In this document: piece after piece, positions 59,795-64,000 of the stretch
Layout: each line of letters opens with the position of its first letter
How positions within the stretch are numbered: the first letter of the stretch is position 1
Assembly (NCBI GenBank): GCA_016192455.1
Contig: JACPUC010000001.1
Span: forward strand, 62,001 to 126,000
From: Candidatus Tectimicrobiota bacterium
GTDB taxonomy: Bacteria > JACPUC01
DNA length: 64,000 bases
Direction of reading: 5' to 3'
Program-made: the position numbers and the translations under genes
The notes under the pieces: model-generated
The model's database searches: none
The model's input: only the letters and a program-made list of their open reading frames with translations
Told to the model about the DNA's origin: nothing

Positions 59795-60367
59795 ATGAAG
59801 AGTCGCACGAAGTTTCCCTTTGTCCTCATTTTCATGCTTCTTGTCGGCGTCCTCGCCGCTGGCTGCGCGCAGAAAGCGGCGGTGAAAGAGGATAAAGGGG
59901 CCGTCGGGCAGGTTCCACCGCAGCCGCAGCCGCAGGTCGCGGCGCCGGCTCCAGCGCCCCGGGTCACGGAGAGGCCAGGCGCCCCAGTGCCTCCACAAGG
60001 GCAGGCTCGCCAGTTTGACTTCCGCCGCGACCTCATGCTTGCGGATGTGCAATTCGAGTTCGACAAGGCGCGGCTGACCGCCGAGGGACAACGCATCGCG
60101 CGCGAGAACGCGGAGAAGCTGAAGGGGCGGCCCCAGGCGAAGATTCAGATTGAAGGACATGCCGATGAGCGCGGCACGGCGGAGTATAACCTGGCCCTCG
60201 GCGACCGCCGCGCCGCGAGCGTGCGCGTCTACCTTGCCCAGCTCGGCATCGCGCCCGATCGCATCTTCACCATCAGCTACGGCGAAGAGCGGCCTGCCGA
60301 TCCTGGGCACAATGAAGGTGCCTGGGCCAAGAATCGCCGGGCCCACTTCCTGATCACGAACCCCTAA
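59795..60367 (+). CDS. pal: Peptidoglycan-associated lipoprotein Pal
   Basis: Lipobox LAAGC, FEFDK, IEGHADERGTAEYNLALGDRRA, ISYGEERP, KNRRA. Confidence 0.96.
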   Translation: MKSRTKFPFVLIFMLLVGVLAAGCAQKAAVKEDKGAVGQVPPQPQPQVAAPAPAPRVTERPGAPVPPQGQARQFDFRRDLMLADVQFEFDKARLTAEGQRIARENAEKLKGRPQAKIQIEGHADERGTAEYNLALGDRRAASVRVYLAQLGIAPDRIFTISYGEERPADPGHNEGAWAKNRRAHFLITNP

Positions 60368-60957
60368 TGGGGCGCCGCACCCCGGATACGCACCGCGGCG
60401 GCACGGCGCGTGGCGCCGCGGATGACGGGCCGCACGGCTGCTTGGACCGCTGCCTGGCGTGGCTGGAAAGCGCGGCTGGAGAAGAGGGCCGCCCGCGAGA
60501 GGCTCTCGTGTCGTCTCTGCGCGGGGCAGCGCCGCGGCTCCTGTGGGAGCCCGGGCGAGCGGCTGACGCCAGACGTTTGCCGGTGGAACGTGGATCAGAG
60601 GGGAGAGCCAGCCCGCCTCTCCCCTCCTGCCGGCCCAGGCGGGCATCTCGCGCTCTTGGGCGCCCGGCGTGAGAGCAGATGAGGATGGGCGAGCGCGGCG
60701 CCGCCCGGTTCTGGCGTGGCGCCAGGTTCGCCGCACAAGGCCGGCAGGGTGGACCGGACCCTGCCGGTCCTCTTTTTCCTTCCCACCGAACCCTGCTGAC
60801 CCACCTTCCCCCTCGCGGCTCCCCCTGGGCAGGGGGCCGTGGCGTTCGCTCGCCCCGCGCGGGCGCGGGCGGCGCCCCCTCTCCTTCGCAAAGCCCACCT
60901 TCCATCCCTGGCCTTCCGCCGCACCCCCTGCACCCGCCTCGCCTGCCGCGGCGGAAC

Positions 60958-61623
60958 TCAGTCCCCGTCCAGCGGCGCTTCGAGCAGCATTCCCAACCGC
61001 TCCCTAAGGAAAGTCGCCGCCAGCGCCCCGCGGCGCAGCAGGCGCACCGGGCTGGCGCGCAGATCGATGATGGTGGAGCCGCGGGCGTCCCGCGGCGGAC
61101 CGCCGTCCAGCGCCAGGTCGACCTCCTCCCCCACCTGGGCGTACGCCGCCTCGAAACTCCGCGGGTTCCCCGCGCCCGAGCGGTTGGCGCTGGTGGCGGT
61201 GACGGGCGTCGCCGCCAGCCGACAGAGCGCGCCCGCGAGGGGCGCAACCGGCCAGCGCACCGCAATGCTGTCACCGTTTCCAAGGAGGAGCGGGGGAAGG
61301 TCGTGCCGCGCCGGCAGGATCACCGTAAGGGGCGCCGGCCAGAGCGCTTCGAGCAGGCGCAGGCGCTCCTCCGGCAGCTCCGGGGTCAGGAGCTCGAGCT
61401 GCTCCAGCGCGCCGATGATGACCGGCAGCGGCTGGCCGCGGGGGCGCCGCTTCGCCGCGAAGATGCGCGCCAGGGCGGCCGGTTCACGGACGGCGGCCCC
61501 CAGGCCGTAAAGGGTATCGGTGGGGTAGAGCAGCACCCCTCCTCGCGCCACGAGGCGCGCGGCCTCGGCCAGGACGTCGGGGGAGGGGCTGTCGGCATTG
61601 ACGCGCAGGATTCGAGAGGACAT
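60958..61623 (-). CDS. tsaC: L-threonylcarbamoyladenylate synthase (YrdC-type)
   Basis: YPTDTLYGLG, IFAAKRR, ATSANRSG, STIIDL..LLRRG. Confidence 0.93.
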   Translation of the reverse strand: MSSRILRVNADSPSPDVLAEAARLVARGGVLLYPTDTLYGLGAAVREPAALARIFAAKRRPRGQPLPVIIGALEQLELLTPELPEERLRLLEALWPAPLTVILPARHDLPPLLLGNGDSIAVRWPVAPLAGALCRLAATPVTATSANRSGAGNPRSFEAAYAQVGEEVDLALDGGPPRDARGSTIIDLRASPVRLLRRGALAATFLRERLGMLLEAPLDGD

Positions 61624-61808
61624 GGCCATCCTGAGGTGGGAGCCCCGCCGGGGAAAAGCGGCGAAGCCCCGCTCGGCACTCCGTCCGACTAGGGCCCCGG
61701 AGGCTTGGGGAGCGCACCCCGTTCCAGCGCGCCGGCGGCCGGGCGAGGCTCGCATGCAACCCCCGGAGAGAAGGCCGCGGCCTGGGCCGATGGGCGCGGG
61801 GATGCCCT

Positions 61809-62303
61809 TCAGGGCGTGCCGGGCGCCTGGCCGCGCAGCACCTTCTCGGCCATGGCGCGGCGCAGGTCGCGCAGGCGCTGCCGCAGCGTCGCGTCCTGCA
61901 GCGCCAGCATCTGGGCCGCCAGGATGCCGGCGTTGCGGGCTCCCGCCGCGCCGATGGCCATCGTGGCCACCGGAACGCCGGCCGGCATCTGCACGGTGCT
62001 CAGGAGCGCGTCGAGCCCCTTCAGGGGGGAGGTGTCGAGCGGCACGCCGATGACCGGCAAAATCGTCTGCGCCGCCACACTGCCGGCCAAGTGCGCCGCC
62101 GCACCCGCCCCGGCGATGATCACGGCGAAGCCGCTCTCCTCGGCCTTCCTGGCAAACGTCGCGGTCTCCTGCGGGGTGCGGTGGGCCGAGAGGACGAACG
62201 TTTCATACGGCACGCCGCACTCCGCCAAGGCCTCCTCCGCGGCTGCCATGGTCTCCCGGTCCGACGGACTCCCCATGAGCACGGCCACCTTCTTCATCGT
62301 CAT
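61809..62303 (-). CDS. purE: N5-carboxyaminoimidazole ribonucleotide mutase
   Basis: VLMGSPSD, SAHRTP, IIAGAGAAAHLAG, PVIGVP, QMPAGVPVAT. Confidence 0.97.
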   Translation of the reverse strand: MTMKKVAVLMGSPSDRETMAAAEEALAECGVPYETFVLSAHRTPQETATFARKAEESGFAVIIAGAGAAAHLAGSVAAQTILPVIGVPLDTSPLKGLDALLSTVQMPAGVPVATMAIGAAGARNAGILAAQMLALQDATLRQRLRDLRRAMAEKVLRGQAPGTP

Positions 62304-62319
62304 CACGGTTCTCCGCTGC

Positions 62320-63315
62320 CTACGCGCCGAAGCTGAGGAGCAGGCCATACTTGGTTTCCTGCTCGGCGATGAGGTGCTCGGCGCGCCGCCGGTTCTCCTT
62401 GTGCGCGCCGCTGATCGAGGCGACGATGTTCCCAGAGTACCAGCCGGCCTCAAAGAGGAGGAGGAGCACCGCCAGGGCATAGTTGGCGCCATGCAAGGCT
62501 GCCAGCGCCGCCACGAGGAAGCCCGCGTTGACGATGAAGGCGAAGCTTGCATCGCGGTAGCGCCCCAGGTACCAGAACCCGGCCCCGGGCAGGAGGGCGC
62601 CGAGCACGCCCGCGGCGCTCGCCGACCTCTTGGGCTGGCGGCGGAACTCCGCCAGGGCGCGCACCAGCTCAACCGCGGAGGCGCCGTAGACCTCATCGGC
62701 GCGGGCCGCGAGCCAGGCGGCGGCAGCCCTGTCGAAGTGCTGCAGCTTCAACCAGCTCCAGCCGGTGAAGTAGTCGGCCTGGCGGCGCTGCGCCGGGGTT
62801 CCCTCCTGGCGGAGAGCCCGGACGCGGCGCAGGGCGAGCCGATACGAGCCCGCCTGATACCGGCTCACCGCCGCCAGGAAGCCGGCGTTCCAGCGCTCCT
62901 CGGGGGAGAGCCGCGGCTCCTGGCTGAGCTGCTCGAAGGCGTACGCCGCCTCCTGCCACTGCCTGCCGCGGTACAAGGCGCGGGCGATTTGCCGCCGGGC
63001 GCGCTGTCGCGCCGCATCGGCGTCGGGAGCAAGCCCGGCAAAGAAGAGGAAACGCCGATACTCCGTGATGGAACGGTAGTAGTCGCCCTCGGCGAAGAGG
63101 TGATCCGCAAAGGCGAGGGAAGCGGCGAGGTCGACGCCTACCGCCGGGGGGGCTGGAGCAAGCCCCTGGGACCAGGCGCTCGGCGCCTCGCCGAGCAAGG
63201 CCAGCGTCAGGAGGCAGCAGAGGACGCGGCGCCCGCGAGGTCGCTCTCCCAGGCCTGTCCCGCCGCCGCCCCGCGCGAGCGCCGGCAAAGGTTGGCAGCA
63301 CGTGGGGGTGCTCAC
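62320..63315 (-). CDS. Hypothetical TPR-containing protein with C-terminal membrane segment
   Basis: FADHLFAEGDYYRSITEYRR helical repeats; SA..AG.L..LLPGAG..YLG TM2-like motif. Confidence 0.8.
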   Translation of the reverse strand: MSTPTCCQPLPALARGGGGTGLGERPRGRRVLCCLLTLALLGEAPSAWSQGLAPAPPAVGVDLAASLAFADHLFAEGDYYRSITEYRRFLFFAGLAPDADAARQRARRQIARALYRGRQWQEAAYAFEQLSQEPRLSPEERWNAGFLAAVSRYQAGSYRLALRRVRALRQEGTPAQRRQADYFTGWSWLKLQHFDRAAAAWLAARADEVYGASAVELVRALAEFRRQPKRSASAAGVLGALLPGAGFWYLGRYRDASFAFIVNAGFLVAALAALHGANYALAVLLLLFEAGWYSGNIVASISGAHKENRRRAEHLIAEQETKYGLLLSFGA

Positions 63316-63348
63316 AGGCGGGATTATAGGCGCGGCGGGCGGTGAGGG

Positions 63349-63828
63349 TCAACGCAGCCCGGCGGCTGGGCTGGCGGCGACGGCGGATGCGTCCCGCGCG
63401 GCGTCGATCGAGTTTTCGAGCGCCTGCTCCAGTGTTTCGTGCAGGATATACTTGACGAGGAGATCCTGCTCGGCTTGCTTGATGAGCCGGAACGCGCAGG
63501 CGAGATGCCAGCCTTCGCCGCCGCGGGCGGGGTCCTGCTTGAGGCGTATGACTTCGGCCACGGCGCAAACCAGGTGTTCACGGTCGGGGACTCTGATCCG
63601 CAGGAAGAGGTAGTCGCCCGGCTGGTGCCGCTTCGGAGAGACGAGGACCACGCCGTTGCCGCTGACGTTCAGGCAGCGCGACCAGGTCGGCTTGCCGAGG
63701 CTGACGTACTCCTCCCCACCCTCCGCGACGCTCGAGAGCACCAGCGGCAGGAGGAGGTCGGCGCGGAAGAACCGACGTTGTTCCGGACTATCGGCGAGAA
63801 GTGGGTGTGGCGCAGTCTCAGGAATCAC
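63349..63828 (-). CDS. PilZ-domain c-di-GMP receptor
   Basis: RRFFR (RxxxR) and NVSGNG (D/NxSxxG). Confidence 0.85.
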   Translation of the reverse strand: MIPETAPHPLLADSPEQRRFFRADLLLPLVLSSVAEGGEEYVSLGKPTWSRCLNVSGNGVVLVSPKRHQPGDYLFLRIRVPDREHLVCAVAEVIRLKQDPARGGEGWHLACAFRLIKQAEQDLLVKYILHETLEQALENSIDAARDASAVAASPAAGLR

Positions 63829-64000
63829 CGCTTCGTCTCCACATCGAGCACCGTCTCGAAATCTTCCTCCAGCGGCCGGGTGCGTTCGCGCAGCACAATG
63901 ATCTCCACGCGCCGGTTCTTGGCGCGGTATTCCGGGCGCAACGGATAGCGCGGCTTGTAGTGGGAGTAGCCAACCGCCGACAGGCGCTCCGGCAGCAGAC
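63825..64000 (-). CDS. motB: Flagellar motor MotB/OmpA-like protein (C-terminal part only)
   Basis: Manual translation LPERLSAVGYSHYKP...RAKNRRVEIIV; stop overlaps the PilZ gene start (GTGA). Confidence 0.75.
   Translation of the reverse strand, partial: LLPERLSAVGYSHYKPRYPLRPEYRAKNRRVEIIVLRERTRPLEEDFETVLDVETKR

Noticed and set aside
60368-60957. cpoB/ybgF after pal
   Set aside because: No TPR or coiled-coil ORF; the ORFs here look like non-coding GC-rich sequence

Overview
High-GC diderm bacterial chromosome segment. The gene orders pilMNOPQ-aroB-TPR-aroQ-accBC, tolQRAB-pal and motB-PilZ-purE-tsaC resemble Desulfobacterota/Nitrospinota/Tectomicrobia-type genomes (taxonomy is inference). 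Contents in order: partial benzoate-CoA-ligase-family gene with Rid, Liv-type binding protein and amidohydrolase genes; an AT-richer secreted protein; a cobalamin riboswitch and terminator before a btuBFCD-like operon; a stand-alone nuoB-nuoD-nuoI trio (no nuoA/C/H) followed by a 4-oxalocrotonate tautomerase; an MCP; a site-2 protease; type IV pilus, aro and acc genes; a degraded islet at the 3' end of tRNA-Asn (intact UvrD-PD-(D/E)XK fusion plus HerA-like and MNT-like fragments); an HDOD hybrid kinase; a minus-strand run of reductive-dehalogenase-like gene, 59-aa ORF, orphan Mo-hydroxylase large subunit, atypical SDR and FmdB-type Zn ribbon; livHMGF; manC; a DedA gene; tol-pal; tsaC; purE; and TPR, PilZ and partial motB genes. 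Three intergenic clusters of composite palindromic (REP-like) repeats are present. Best leads: a UGA plus SECIS-like hairpin suggesting the FmdB protein is a selenoprotein, the isolated NuoBDI module, and the RdhA-like/Mo-enzyme locus. All calls come from reading motifs by eye; no searches were run.
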